Of a stretch of DNA of 64,000 nucleotides, positions 39,101-54,000 are shown piece after piece. The stretch lies in assembly GCF_963921235.1 (NCBI RefSeq), contig NC_086097.1, forward strand, positions 46,688,001 to 46,752,000, in the 5' to 3' direction. The notes under the pieces are model-generated. The model did no database searches. It was not told the DNA's origin and was given only the letters and a program-made list of their open reading frames with translations. Numbering within the stretch: position 1 is the stretch's first letter; every line of letters starts with the position of its first letter. The translations under genes were made by a program, and so were the position numbers. This DNA comes from Mobula hypostoma. Taxonomy: Eukaryota.

Positions 39101-42100
39101 TTTAGGCATGTTTTTTCTATTGCCATTGTAACTTGTAGACCACATCCTTACTACTGTTTGGGAAGGAGGGGCCAGGCCCAGAGTCACCCCATAGTGCCCG
39201 GAACCTCCAAGTGTTGCAAACTAATCCCTCTAGCGTGAAGTCTAACAGGAGGTGGATCAAATGGCCTGCAGCTAACATGACTTCACTGGGGAAGCAGTTT
39301 GATGAAGATGTTAACCAAATTCTGGAGGCAGGACTGGTCAGCAACTGTCAGCAGGCGGATGGAGAGCGAGGTGTCTCCAGTAGAGGTTGGTTGTAGGGGA
39401 TTCACAGCCAGTTCCTTAGTTAGAGCCTTCAGCATTTCGGGCATTGAGGGAGAGAGGAAGAGGAGAGCCATCCGCAGTACCACCGATGCAGCAGAGAGGG
39501 CCTCAAGACGGCTGTGGCTCAAAAGAGGGGAGCCATGGAGTCATAAGTAGCTAGCCATCTGGACACAAGCTGGAGTCTGATCAGCCCCGGCTGGGTCACC
39601 TGGAGGAGGGTGTATGATGTTGAAAGACCCGAAACACCCGATGATTCCAGGAACATCACTGAAGATGTGTCCAGAAGCATCAGTAGATGTGTGTACACAG
39701 CAGGGGGTCTGTATATAACTCCCATCAGGGTCTTTTTACCCTTCCAGTTCCTTAGCTCTATCCACAATGATTCAACACCTCTGACCCTGTGTCAGCTCTT
39801 TCTAACGATTTAATTTAATTTTTTTTACCAGCAGAGCCACACCACCCCCTCTGCCTTCTTGCTTGTCCTTTTGATACAATCCTTGGGCATTAAGCTCCCA
39901 GCTATAATGTTCTTTCATCCATGCCTACAACATCATACATGCCAATCTGTAACTGTGCTACAGTTCATTGACCTTATTCCGTTTACTGCACACATTCATA
40001 TGTAACACCTTCAGTCCTGTATTCACCCTTTTCAATTTTGTCCACCTTTTACCTTGCAACTCATCCTGTTGACTGCAATTTTGTCCTATTGTTAGCCTCT
40101 CCTTGCTAGGACTCGCAATACACATTGCCTCCGTTTGTAAACCAGCTACCTCATCCTCAGCGCTATACTCTGGTTCCCATCCCGCTGCGAAATTAGTTCA
40201 AACCCACCCGAACAACTCGAGGCAACCTGCCCACAAGGATATTGGTCTTTCTGAGATTCAGGTGTCACCCGTCCCTTTATACAGGTCATACCTTCCCCAG
40301 TAGCGATCCCAATGATCCATAAATCTGAACCGCTGCCCCCTGCACCAGTTCCTCAGCCACGCATTCACCTGCCAATTCATCCTATTCTTACCCTCACTGG
40401 CACGTGGCACAGGAAGAAATCCGGATATTACTACCCTGGAGGTCCTGTTTCTCGGTTTTCTACCTAGCTTCCTAAAATCTCTCTTCAGCACCTCCTCACC
40501 TTGTCTGGTATGTTATTGGTGCCAATATGTACCAAGACTTCAGGCTGCTCACCCTTGCCCTTGGGAATGCCATGGACATGATCTGAGGCATCCCTGATCC
40601 CAGCAGCAGGGAAGTAACATACCATCCGGGTGTCTCTATTACACCCACAGAGCCTCATCTCTGTTCCTCTGACTATGGAATCTTCTGTCACCACTGAAGT
40701 CCTCTTCACCTCTCTATTCTCCTGAGCCACAGCACCAGACTCAGTGCCAGAGACGTGGTCACTGTGGCTCCCCCCAGTAGGTCGTCCCACTCACTAGTAT
40801 CTAATGTTGAGGGGAACAGCCGCAGGTGTACTCTACACTGGCTCTGCATTTCCCCTCTTTCTCCTGACAGTCACCCATTTTCCTGTCTCCTGCAACCTTG
40901 GGGTGACTACCTCCCTGTAGCTCCTGTCTATCGCCTCCTGGTTGTCCTGTATGAGTCGAAGGTCATCGAGCTGCAGATCCAGTTGCTTAATATGATCTGT
41001 CAGGAGCTGCAGCTCAGTGCACCTGGTGCAGATGTGTTTACCTGGGAGACTGGAGTTCTCCCAGATTTCCCACATCCCACTCCTGCTGTACATTTACGAG
41101 GATATTTGGAGGCAGTAGCACAGGTAGTTAATGTGGTTCAGAAGTCAAACAGAATACTTGCCTATATTAGCTGAGGCACAGGGGCCTATGGTAAAGCTAT
41201 ATGAAACATCAATTAGTTCATACCTAGAGTACTGCATGCAGTTCTGGTCATCACATTGTAGAAGGGATGTGATTGCATTGGAAAGAGTGTTGCTCAGCAG
41301 TAAGATACAACAGCTGTGAGGAGAGAAAGATTGGATGGGCTTTGTGCTGAGAAGGCTAAGGCAAGACCAGACTCAGATGCATAAAATTCTGATAGGCACA
41401 TTGAAGGCACTTTAGGAGAGCTGCCCATAACAGGAAAGCAAATGTTTAAGGAGTAAGTGAGCTGAATGGAATTTGGGAAAGATTTTTTTCGCCTGGAGTT
41501 TCGTTAACTCTGGAATGCATTGCCTGAAGAAGTTTGGAGGTCAATATTTGCTGATCTGAAAGGAAATTTAAAACCATTTCACTAAGAAGGCATTCATTTT
41601 TGGATAAACTGGCACAATGGTGCCATTTAAGATTGGGTGAAAATAACATACAGGCAGTACCCCCAACTCAGCACTCAGGTCTTTTGGGTAACAAATATTC
41701 ACCTTCACAAAATTTCCAAATCACTGCCCAAAAAGTTTGAGATGCAGCACAAAATTTATTCTCAAAGAATTTATGTGGAAGATAAAGTAAATGGACGAGT
41801 ACAGTATATTTATTATTTTCAACTCTCGTTTCTTGAAGCATGTGCAGATAATGTAGCTTTGTATTATAGAAAATTGCGATACCGACAATTTTCTAGGAAT
41901 GCAACCATTCCCGTAATGTGGGGTTCATATGTAACTGAGTGAAAGGAGAAATTTAAGCATACAGTTCCAGATGTTCTGGGAAAAGCTTTAAAAAACTTTC
42001 AGTGATTATTCTGGCTTTGCTATTGCTCTATGATTCACATTAACCATGGGATATGAAATGGATTCCTTCACATACCAATGTAATTCAATACAGGATGTGG

Positions 42101-45050
42101 TTAATGACTGGAATTCACTTCAAATATAATGAACATAAACATTAAATCTGGCATTCCAAATATTATAAACAATATACAAATGTAGTTTGTATTTTTTCAA
42201 CCAGCTTCATTGAGAAAATTAAATATGGATCCTCAAATAATAACCTCGGTTGTTTTAACTTTTCAGATCATTGGTGCATACCTGAATGAATCTGGCAAGA
42301 TCAGCAAAGATTTAAAGGAGAAAGTTTTGTGTTACTGCCTGAAAGAATTAACAAATTTAATTCACTGGTAATTTTTTATTATTGCTTTAATTGTGTTCAT
42401 GGCAACCCTGTTTACAGACATTTCTCTCTAGCCGCAGTTACCCAGGTGATTTTTGTAGCAGTGGAACTACAGTAAGTTACTGCAAATCTGAATGATTAGT
42501 GACAGCTTCTTCTGAAGCAGTTTACTCAGAGATTCAGATTTTAATGTCTATTGTATAATAAAGGATAGAAAGATAAAATGTAATCCAGCAGGGGAATATA
42601 GAACCGGGTTTAATGTTGCAGCATTTATTCTACATCGTTTGAGAGTGCTTCTCTGGTGGAAAAAGAAAAAATATTAATTATCCTATTAGGAATGTTTAAT
42701 TCTGGAATATGTGTTTCCAGTCTTACTATATTTGTGTAGTTTCTCAATTTCCCTTTTGGTTTTAGAGAATGCCTTCTCTTCATAAAATGACAGGATCATG
42801 CAGGAGTGCCTTGACATAGAAATATGACATTCAGTGGAAGTCACCTCATATAACCCTAGTTATAATTTCTTCTCTTCCTTTTATCAGTAACTTCACCACG
42901 AAGGCATCAGGTTCCACCTTCTAACCAGAGTTGCAGAGAGAGAAGTGCAACATGGAAAAAGACAATTTGGCCCACTGAGTGTGTTCTGACCCTCAGCCAT
43001 CCATCCTACACTGATTGTAAATTAATCCCTTTTTCACACTTTCCCTATTTTCTCATCAACCACCCCTAGATTCTGTCATTTACTTACACACGAAGTACAA
43101 TTTACAGTGGCCAATTAACTTGCCAACCACTTTTTTTTTGAGGTACGGTTGGGAACAAGAGCACCACTACACGCTGCACCCGTAAAGCCAACAGCATTGT
43201 GAAAGACCCCACACACCCCTCATACAAACTATTCTCTCTCCTGCCATCTGGCAAAAGTTACCGAGGCATTCGGGCTCTCACAACCAGACTGTGTAACAGT
43301 TTCTTTCCCCACGCCATTAGTCATAGTCATACATTATTGATCCCGGGGGAAATTGGTTTTTGTTACAGTTGCACCATTAATAATAAATAGTAATAAAACC
43401 ATAAATAGTTAAATAGTAATATGTAAATTATGCCAGGAAATAAGTTCAGGACCAGCCTATTGGCTCAGGGTGTCTGACCCTCCAAGGGAGGAGTTGTAAA
43501 GTTTGATGGCCACAGGCAGGAATGACTTCCTATGACGCTCTGTGTTGCATCTCGGTAGAATGAGTCTCTGGCTGAATGTACTCCTGTGCCCACCCAGTAC
43601 ATTATGTAGTGGATGGGAGACATTGTCCAAGATGGCATGCAACTTGGACAGCATCCTCTTTTCAGACACCACTGTCAGAGAGTCCAGTTCCATCCCCACA
43701 ACATCACTGGCCTTACGAATGAGTTTGTTGATTCTGTTGGTGTCTGCTACCCTCAGCCTGCTGCCCCAGCACACAACAGCAAACATGATCGCACTGGTCA
43801 CCACAGACTTGTAGAACATCCTCAGCATCGTCTGGCAGATGCTAAAGGACCTCAGTCTCCTCAGGAAATAGAGACGGCTCTGACCCTTCTTGTAGACAGC
43901 CTCAGTGTTCTTTGACCAGTCCAGTTTATTGTCAATTCGTATCCCCAGGTATTTGTAATCCTCCACCATGTCCACACTGACCCCCTGGATGGAAACAGGG
44001 GTCACCGGTACCTTGGCTCTCCTCAGGTCTACCACCAGCTCCTTAGTCTTTTTCACATTAAGCTGCAGATAATTCTGCTCACACCATGTGACAAAGTTTC
44101 CTACCAGAGCCCTGTACTCAGCCCCATCTCCCTTGCTGATGCATCCAACTATGGCAGAGTCATCCGAAAACTTCTGAAGATGACAAGACTCTGTGCAGTA
44201 GTTGAAGTCCGAGGTGTAAATGGTGAAGAGAAAGGGAGACAAGACAGTCTCCTGTGGAGCCCCAGTGCTGCTGATCACTCTGTCAGACACACAGTGTTGC
44301 AAGCACACGTACTGTGGTCTGCCAGTCAGGTAATCAAGAATCCATGATACCAGGGAAGCATCCACCTGCATCGCTGTCAGCTTCTCCCCCAGCAGAGCAG
44401 GGCAGATGGTGTTGAACGCACTGGAGAACTCAAAAAACATGACCCTCACAGTGCTCGCTGGTTTGTCCAGGTGGGCGTAGACACGTTTCAGCAGGTAGAC
44501 GATGGCATCCTCAACTCCTAGTCGGGGCTGGTAGGAGGGGAGAGTGGAATATGTGTTGGTTGGGGGCCGACAACAGATGGCTCATGTGGGGGATGGGCAG
44601 GGGCCACAATGTCAAATCTGTTAAGAACAGGTTAAGTTCATTGGCCCTGTCCACACTGCCTTCAGCTCCTCTGTTGCTAGTTTGCTAGAACCCAGTGATG
44701 GTCCTCATCCCACTCCAGACCTCTCTCATGTTGTTCTGCTGGAGTTTCCACTCAAGCTTCCTCCTGTACCTGTCTTTAGCCTCCCTGATCCTGGCTTTCA
44801 GGTCCCTCTGTATTGCCCTCAGCTCCTCCCTATTTCCATCTCTAAATGCCCTCTTTTTAGCGTTCAGGATGTCCTTAATGTCCTTTGTCACCCATGGCTT
44901 GTTATTTGAATAACAAAGGACAGTTCTTGTCGGAACATTGCAGTCCACACAGAAGTTGATGTATTCAGTGATGCACTCTGTGAGCCCATCAATATCCTCT
45001 CCATGTGGCTCACAGAGTCCTCAATTCCCAGAGTCTAGACTGGCACTAAC

Positions 45051-45088
<38 letters not shown>

Positions 45089-48000
45089 CCTGAATACCAC
45101 TCCACTCCCTTTGCAATTCTTGTTCATTTCTTTCTCAATTCCTGCTAAAACATTGTTTATATTTACATTTACATCATTTACTATTATATTGTAATTTGTC
45201 CTTTACTGTGCCTATTGTCTTGTTTATTAATTATTGTACTGTCTTGCACTGTTTTGTGCACTTTATGTAGTCCGGTGTAGGTCTGAAGTCTAATGTAGTT
45301 TTGTGCTGTCTCACATAGTCTAGTGTAGTTTTGTGTTGTTTCATGTAGCACCATGGTCCTGGAGGAACGTTGTTTCGTTTTTACTGTGTACTGTACCAGC
45401 AGTTTATGGTCGAAATGACAATAAAAGCGACTTGATTTAACTTGAAGAAGAAATCAGATGGTATGCAAACTTCATACAGTCAGCCCTCAATGTCATGTTT
45501 GGACCTGGGTATCTGGCATTGTGAGCCAATGGCTCTTTTAGCTGCATCACTGGGCCACTCTCCATGTAGAGAGTTCTTCCAAATTTCCCAGTAGGTTTAT
45601 TAATGTGTTAGTTTATGGCAGTTTGTATATAGCATTTCTACAAATAGAAACATCTCCCCTATATTTATAATTTTAAGGTCCTCACTATCAAAGTTTTCAA
45701 AAAAGGAATGCAGCCTCTTCTGACGTACCAACTTCGACCATCAGCTTTGTGAATTGCTTTCCCTTCGCTAGGTTTCCTGTATTTTTATATTGTGCACGAC
45801 CTATGCACAGCAGCCTAGCTGTCATCAACAAAGGCTCCAAAAATATGTCAGCTTACTTCTTTATTTTCCAATTCTGCTCCCCTAAGTTTGAATGCCAGAA
45901 TTTGTTTGCATTTTTATTGTTATTGTCATATTATCACAAAAAGTTGCAGTTAACCAACAATTGAGCATAGTAAAAATAATAAAAGGCTATAAATGAACAT
46001 TATCATTCGAAGTTAGACACCAACAATTTTTAAAATTAAAGAACACATTTGACTGTGAAATATATTTTCATTTCTCCTTATAGTTTTAACCAGGAACTAA
46101 ACATGTGAATCCATCTATCAAAATGTTGAAAGTAGTCTGTTGAATAATTGAGATATTATCAATATAAGGAATGTTTACTTGTCCATTAGACTGCTATTGC
46201 AGCAGGAGTTAACATATTAATCAGCTTCTGTTTCTGTGTGATTCAAATCCAGCTACCAAGAAGACCTGAAGGTCAGAAAACAGAATGTCCAAGACCCACT
46301 GCCACTCCTGATTGTAAGCATCAACAGCTACATTGATCTTGGGTGAGTTTTATTAATGATGAGTATAAATAATTTGAGCACTAAAATAGTATAATGATGG
46401 TTGCAGATTGAACATCACTTTCATAAGCAACCAGAAAACACTTCCTTTGTTCCTGCTCTTTGCCTCCCATCAGCCAATCCCCTGTCCATGGGTTGGTTAT
46501 TTCTTCAGCGGTTTGATCGGGGTATGACTGAGCAAGCGCGTGGACATCAGCCAGTGAGAACAGCGAGAGGAGTTTAAAAGGAGACACCTTATAGAGCGGG
46601 TGCCGGAGCACCGGGCATCAGAGTAGAGGGAGACAGAGCAGAAAAGCTTTGGCTCAATGGGGCTTTGGCGATAACAGATCGAGGCGAGGTAGGTTGCATG
46701 TGTAGAATACAGACAGGAAGAATGTGTGTGAGGCTGGTGTTCTGTGCTCGGTGTCGGATGTGGGAAGTTAGGGAGACTCCCAGCCTCCCGGATGACCACA
46801 CCTGCACCGGGTGCGTCAAGCTGCAGCTCCTTAGGGACCGGGTTAGGGAACTGGAGATGCAGCTCGATGACCTTCATCTAGTCAGGGAAAGTGAGCAGGC
46901 GATAGAGAGGAGTCACACTGGTGCCTGGGGTGACGGATGAGCGGGTAACAGTCAGGAGAGGGAAGGGCAGGAGTCAGATACTAGAGAGCACCCCAGTGGC
47001 TATACCCCTTAACAATAAGTACTCCTGCTTGAGTACTGTTGGGGGGGACGGCCTACTGGGGGAAGCAACAGCGGCTGCGCCTCTGGCACAGAGTCTGGCC
47101 CTGTGGCTCAGAAGGGTAGGGAAAGGAAGAGGATGGCAGTAGTGATAGGGGACTCCATAGTTAGGGGGCCAGACAGGCGATTCTGTGGACGCAGGAAAGA
47201 AGCATGGACGGTAGTTTGCCTCCCAGGTGCCAGGGTCCGGGATGTTTCTGATCACATCCAAGATATCCTGAAGTGGGAAGGAGAACAGCCAGAGGTCGTG
47301 GTACATATTGGTACCAACGACATAGGCAGGAAAAGGGAAGAGGTCCTGAAAGTAGACTACAGGGAGTTAGGAAGGAAGTTGAGAAGCAGGACCTCAAAGG
47401 TAGTAATCTTGGGATTACTGTCCACGACATGTGACAGTGAGTATAGGAATAGAGTGAGGTGGAGGATAAATGTGTGGCTGAGGGATTGGAGCAAGGGGCA
47501 GGAATTCAGATTTCTGGATCACTGGGACATCTTTTGGGGCAGGAGTGACCTGTACAAAAAGGACGGGTTGCACTTGAATCCCAGGGGGACCAACATCCTG
47601 GCAGGGAGGTTTGCTAAGGCTGTTGGGGTGAGTTTAAACTAGGATTGCTGGGAGGTGGGAACCAAACTGAAGAGATGGAGGAAGAGGCGGTTGGCTCAGA
47701 AATAGAGAAAGCTTGGAGACAGTGTGAGAGAGAGGATAGGCAGATGATAGAGAAGGGATGTGCTCAGACTGATGGTTTGAGGTGTATTATGGTAAAGGTG
47801 TATTATAACAAGGAGTATTATGAACAAAGCAGATGAGCTTAGAGTGTGGATCAGTACTTGGAGCTATGATGTTGTGGCCATTACAGAGACTTGTATGGCT
47901 CAGGGGCAGGAATGGTTACTTCGAGTGCCAGGACAAGGAGGGAGGTAAAAGAGGTGGGGGCAAGGCACCATTGATCAGAGATAGTGCCATGGCTGCAGAA

Positions 48001-51000
48001 AAGGAGGAAATCATGGAGAGATTGTCTACGGAGTCTCTGTGGGTGGAAGTTAGTAACAGGAAGGGGTCAATAACTTTACTGGGTGTTTTTTATAGACCAC
48101 CCAAATAGTAACAGGGACATCAGGGAGCAGATAGGGAGACAGATTCTAGAAAGATGTAATAATAACAGGATTGTTGTGGTGGGAGATTTTAATTTCCCAA
48201 ATATCGATTGGCATGTCCCTGGAGTGAGGGGTGTAGATGGGGTGGAGTTTGTTAGGTGTGTTCAAGAATGTTTCTTGACACAATATGTAGATAAGCCTAC
48301 AAGAGGAGAGGCTGTACTTGATCTGGTATTGGAAAATGAACCTGGTCAAGTGTCAGATCTCTTAGTGGGAGAGCATTTTGAAGATAGTGATCACAATTCT
48401 ATCTCCTTTACCATAGCATCGGAGAGGGATAGAAACAGACAAGTCAGGAAAGCATTTAATTGGAGTAAGGAAAATATGAGGCTATAAAGCAGGAACTTGG
48501 AAGTATAAATTGGGAACAGATGTTCTCAGGGAAAAGTACAGAAGAAATGAGGTAAATGTTCAGGGTATATTTGCGTGGAGTTCTGCATAGGTAAGTTCCA
48601 ATGAGATAAGGGAAGGATGGTAGGGTACAGGAACCGTGGTGTACAAAGGCTGTTGTAAATCTAGTCGAGCAGAAAAGAAGAGCTTACGAAAGGTTCAAAA
48701 ATCTAGGTAATGATAGAAATCTAGAAGATTATAAGGCTAGCAGAAAGGAGCTTAAGAAAGAAATTAGGAGAGCCAGAAGGGGCCATGAGAAGGCCTTGGT
48801 GGACAGGATTAAGAAAAACCCCAAGGCACTCTACAAGTACATGAAGAGCAAGAGGATAAGTTGTGAGAGAATAGGACCAATCAAATGTGTATGGAACCGG
48901 AGGAGATAGCAGAGGTACTTAATGAGTACTTTGCTTCAGTATCCACTAAGGAAAAGGATCTTGGCGATTGTAGAGATGACTTGCAGCTTGAGCATGTAGA
49001 TATTAAGAAAGAGGATGTGCTGGAGCTTTTGGAAAGCATCCAGTTGGATAAGTCACCAGGACTGGATGAGATATACCCCAGGCTACTGTGGGAGGCGAGG
49101 GATGAGATTGCTGAGCCTCTGGCAATGATCTTTGCATCATCAATGGGGAGGGGAGAGATTCCGGAGGATTGGAGGTTTGCGGATGTTGTTCCATTATTCA
49201 AGAAAGGGAGTAGAGATAGTCCAGGAAATTATAGACCAGTGAGCCTTTCTTCGCCAGCTGGTGGCGTACTGGCATCAGCGCCGGACTTCAGAATGAAGGC
49301 TCCCGAGTTCAAATCCAGCCAGCTCCCTTGCACGCTTTTCCATCCTTGCTGGTTTGAGCATCGAGCTAGTAAAAATAAGAAAGCCTGCTAAAAAAAACGC
49401 CGTCACGACAGCATTGTGATGACTCCACTCAGAGTTAAGGGCTTTCTTCTTCTTCTTCTGAGTCTTACTTCAGTGGTTGGTAAGTTGATGGAGAAGATCC
49501 TGAGAGGCAGGATTTATGAACATTTGGAGAGGCATAGTATGATTAAGAATAGTCAGCATGGCTTTGTGAAAGGCAGGTCATGCCTTACGACCCTGATTAA
49601 ATTTTTTGAGGATGTGACTGAACACATTGATGAAGGTAGAGCAGTAGATGTAGTGTATATGGATTTTAGCAAGGCATTTGACAAGGTGCTCCATGCCAGG
49701 CTTATTGAGAACGTAAGGAGGCATGAGATGCAAGGGGACATTGCTTTGTAGATCCAGAACCAGTTTGCCCACAGAAGGCAAAGAGTAATTGTAGACGGGT
49801 CATATTCTGCATGGAGGTCGGTCGCCAGCTATATTCCTACTAAACTGTGCGCGTGTGCGCGTGTACACACGTCTTCAACCAGCGTACAAAGGAAATTAAC
49901 AAAAGGTAAGTTATCTAAAATAATGTAGTAATTAATAATTATACTTATTGAAAATCTTTTGGGTAAATGTTTCTGTTAACTAGTTAGTCGGTTTTTCAGC
50001 TACCACAATGCACATCACTAATTTACGTCACATCACCTTTCCTGTTCCGGTTTGTACAGCTGCATCACTTCATTTTGCGTGAGGCAAAATTAACAAGATA
50101 AGAAAGCAGTATTTGGGAGACAATGTTTTGTGGAGTGACAAAGTTAAAGTTTTGCTAAGCCAACAACGTGAAGAAAACGTCACAGTAGATACAAGTTCGC
50201 TGTTGAATTTTATAAATAGTCCTTGAATTCATTTAGAGGAAAGGTTTCCTGAAGATGAGGTACAAGATTGCTCAGCTTTTGATTTCTCCACAATTGCAGA
50301 TTGTGACTTCACATTTGGCAATGAACAAGTTAATGCCTTATGTCTAAAATATCACGATTTTCTAGCTGAAAGTACTGTAATAGTTACACAGTTTAATGAT
50401 TTCAAATTTTCCATACAAGAAAAAATTAAATCCAAACTGATTTTAATCTTTGCTCATAGGGTGGCATTTGTACTTCAAAATGAGCAGTTTTGCGACCTTG
50501 CACAGTTGATGGACATTGGGGGAACTTTTCTTGCGTCTAGTGTGGACTGTGAGTGAGGTTTTAGCCTAATGAATCAACTCAAAAACAAGCCGAGAAACCA
50601 TTTAGGTGAATGTCATTTGGATATGTTAATGAGAATCAAAAGCTATCAATTGAATGGAAGTTCTATTAGTCTAGATAGTTTACAAAGAATGGGTAAATGC
50701 CAAAGACAGGAGAGAGAAAAATAACTGAGTGACTTAAATATATATATTATTTTGTTGTTATTCTGTGCAGTTTTATGTCAAATATTTTGTAAACCTCATA
50801 AACTGTGCCATGTGTGCATTCAGTGCGTACATACTTTTGTCACAGGAAAAAAATTTGCACAACATAAGATTTTTGTGCACGCTGACTACTAAAAATTAGA
50901 GGGAACATTGGTCACCAGTGGTGTGCCTCAGAGATCTGTTCTGGGATCCCTACTCTTCGTGATTTTTATAAATGACCTGGATGAGGAAGTGGAGGGATGG

Positions 51001-54000
51001 GTTAGTAAATTTACTGATGACACAAAGGGTTGGAGGTGTTGTGGATAGTGTGGAGGCTGTCAGAGGTTACAGCGGGACATTGATAGGATGCAAAACTGGG
51101 CTGAGAAGTGGCAGATTGAGTTCAACCCAGATAAGTGTGAGGTGGTTCATTTTGGTAGGTCAAATATGATGGCAGAATATAGTATTAATGGTAAGATTCT
51201 TGACAGTGTGGAGGATCAGAGGGATCTTGGGGTCCGAATCCATAAGACACTCAAAGCTGCTGCGCAGGTTGATTCTTTAGTTAAGTAAGCATACGGTGCA
51301 TTGGCCTTCATCAATTGTGAGATTGAGTTTAGGAGCCAAGAGGTAATGTTGCAGCTATATAGGACCCTGGTCAGACCCCACTTGGAGTACTGTGCTCAGT
51401 TCTGGCCACCTCACTATAGCAAGGATGTGGAAACCATAGAAAGGGTGCAGAGGAGATTTACAAGGATGTTGCCTGAATTGGGGAGCATGCTTTACGAGAA
51501 TAGCTTGAGTGAACTCGGCCTTTTCTCCTTGGAGCGACAGAGGATGAGAGGTGACCTGATAGAGGTGTATAAGATGATGAGAGGCATTGATCGTGTGGAT
51601 AGTCAGAGGCTTTTTCCCAGGGCTGAAATGACTAGCACGAGAGGGCACAGTTGTAAGGTGCTTGGAAGTAGGTACAGAGGAGATATCAGGGGTAAGTTTT
51701 TTACGCAGAGAGTGGTGAGTGCATGGAATGGGCTGCCGGCGATGGTGGTGGAGGCAGATACAATAGGGTCTTTTAAGAGACTCCTGGATAGGTACATGGA
51801 GCTCAGAAAAAGAGAGGGCTATGGGTAACCCTAGCTAATTTCTAAGGTAAGGACATGTTCAGCACAGCTTTGTAGGCCGAAGGGCCTGTATTGTGCTGTA
51901 GGTTTTCTATGTTTTCTATGCTAGTATCTTTTCTGTAATACCATGGGCTCCTGTCTTGTTAAGCAGCCTTATCTTTGGCACCCTGTCAAAGGCCTTCTGA
52001 AAGTTCTAGTAAACAATACCCACTGACACTCCTTAGTGTATCCTGCTTCTTATTTCCTCTTCAAAGAATTCCAACAGATCTGACAGATTTCCCCTTAAAG
52101 AAACCATGCCGATTTTGACCTATTTTATCGTGTGTCTCCAAGTATCCTGAGACCTCATCCTTAACAATCGATTCCAACATCTTCTCAACCACTGAGGTCA
52201 GGCTAACTGGTCTATAATTTTCTTTCTTTTGTCTCCTTCCCCTCATGGAGAGTGGAGTGACACTTGTAATTTTCCAGTCCTCCTGAACCATGCCAGAATC
52301 CAGTTATTCCTGAAAGAACATTACTAATGCCTCCACAATCTCTTCAGCTACCTCTCTCAGAAACCTGGGGTATAGTCCATCTGGCCCAGGTGACTTATTT
52401 CCCTTTGGACCTTTCAGCTTCCAAAGCACCTTCTCCCTAGTAATAGCAATTGCCCTCACATCTGCCGCCTGACACTGTTGAACTTCCGGCACATTACTTG
52501 TTCAGTTTGCCTATTTCCTTGTCCCCCATTACTATCTCTCCAATGTCACTTTTCACTGTTCTTGCTTCTCCTTTACTCTTTACACTGTATATTTGGAAAA
52601 AACCTTTGGTATCCTTTGTGATATTATTAGCTAGCTTGCTTTCATATTACAGCTTTTTAGTTACCTTTTGTTGGTCTTTAAAAGTTTCCCTATTTTCTTA
52701 ACTTCTCACCAATTTTTGCTCTATTACTGTATATGCACTCTCTTTTGCTTTTATGTCATCTTTGACTCCCCTTGTCATCCATGGTTGCATCATCCTGCCT
52801 TTAGAATACCACTTCTTCTTTAGTCAAATCTATCATCCCCATTCTGAATTGCTTCATGAAACTCCAACCATTGCTGTTCTGCTGTCATCCTGAAAGTGTC
52901 CCCTTCCAATCAACTTTGGCCAGTTCCTCTCTCATGCCCCTATAATTCCCTTTACTCTACTGTAGTACTGATACATCTGATTTTAGCTTTTCTCTCTCTC
53001 AAATTGCAGTGTGAATTCTATCATATTATGATCACTACTTCTTAAGGCTTCCTTTACCTTAATCAAACCTGGTTCATTACACGACACCCAATTCAGAATA
53101 AACTTTCCTCTAGTAGACTCAACCACAATTTGCTCTAAAAAGCCATCTTGTGGGCATTCTACAAATTCTATCCCTTGGGATCTAGCACCAACCCAATTTT
53201 CCCAGTCTACCTGTATATTGAAATCCCCCATGACTATCAGAACACTGCCCTTTGACATGTGTTTTCTATCTCCAGTGTAATTTGTAGCCCACATCCGGGC
53301 TACTGCTTGGCCTGTATATAATTCCCATCAGAGTCTTAACTCTACCAATAAGGATTCTACATCTTCCAATCCTATGTCACCTCTTTCTAAGAATTTGATT
53401 TCATTTCTTACAAAAAGAACCATGGCAAACCCTCTGCCTACCTGCCTTATCTTTCAATACAATGTGTATCCTTGGATGTTAAGCTCCCAACTATAATCTT
53501 CTTTCAGTCATGACTCAGTGATGCTGACAACATCATACCTGCCAATCTCTAACTGTGCTACCTTATTCCATATACTGCGTGCACTGAAATATAACATCTT
53601 TTGTACTCGTCACCCTTTTAGGTTTTATCCCCATGTTACACTGCCAACTCATCCCACTGACTGCAGTTTTGCCGTGTCATCTGCCTGTCCTTCCTGCCAG
53701 TCTCACTACACACTGCCTCTGCTTGTATACCAACTGCTCCCCCTTCAGCCCTATCATTCCTGTTCCCACCCCCTTGCCAAATTAGTTTAAACCCTCAACA
53801 GCTCTAGCAAACCTGTCCACAAGGACATTGGTCCCCCTCCAGGTCAGGCATAATCCATCCATTTGTACAGGTCATGCATTGCCCCAGAAGAGATCCAATT
53901 GATCCAGAAATCTGAAGCCCTGCCCGCTGCTCTAGTTCTTCAGCCACTTATTCACCTGCATCCTAGTTCTAATATCTCTTTCTTCCCCTTTATTTTAATA

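Larger units (their letters stand above)
32640..41088 (-). mobile_element. Near full-length CR1 LINE (ORF1 zinc finger plus SGNH esterase; ORF2 EN/RT), split by nested insertions
   Basis: 3' tail near 32640; RT motifs ([17 protein letters not shown]) to about 34195; resumes about 38235; ORF1 peptides ([28 protein letters not shown]) at 40250-41090. Confidence 0.8.
46500..51920 (+). mobile_element. Full-length but decayed CR1 LINE with a nested SINE and hAT element
   Basis: ORF1 [12 protein letters not shown] and esterase VIGDSIV..HIGTND..DGLHLN; ORF2 EN/RT; tail ttctatgttttctatg. Confidence 0.9.

Noticed and set aside
45694..45771. Possible phase 2-2 exon ([26 protein letters not shown]) resembling the EXOC3-family exon F position
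   Set aside because: Weak acceptor and donor (GTTTCC). The segment 46253-46342 has consensus sites and fills the slot.
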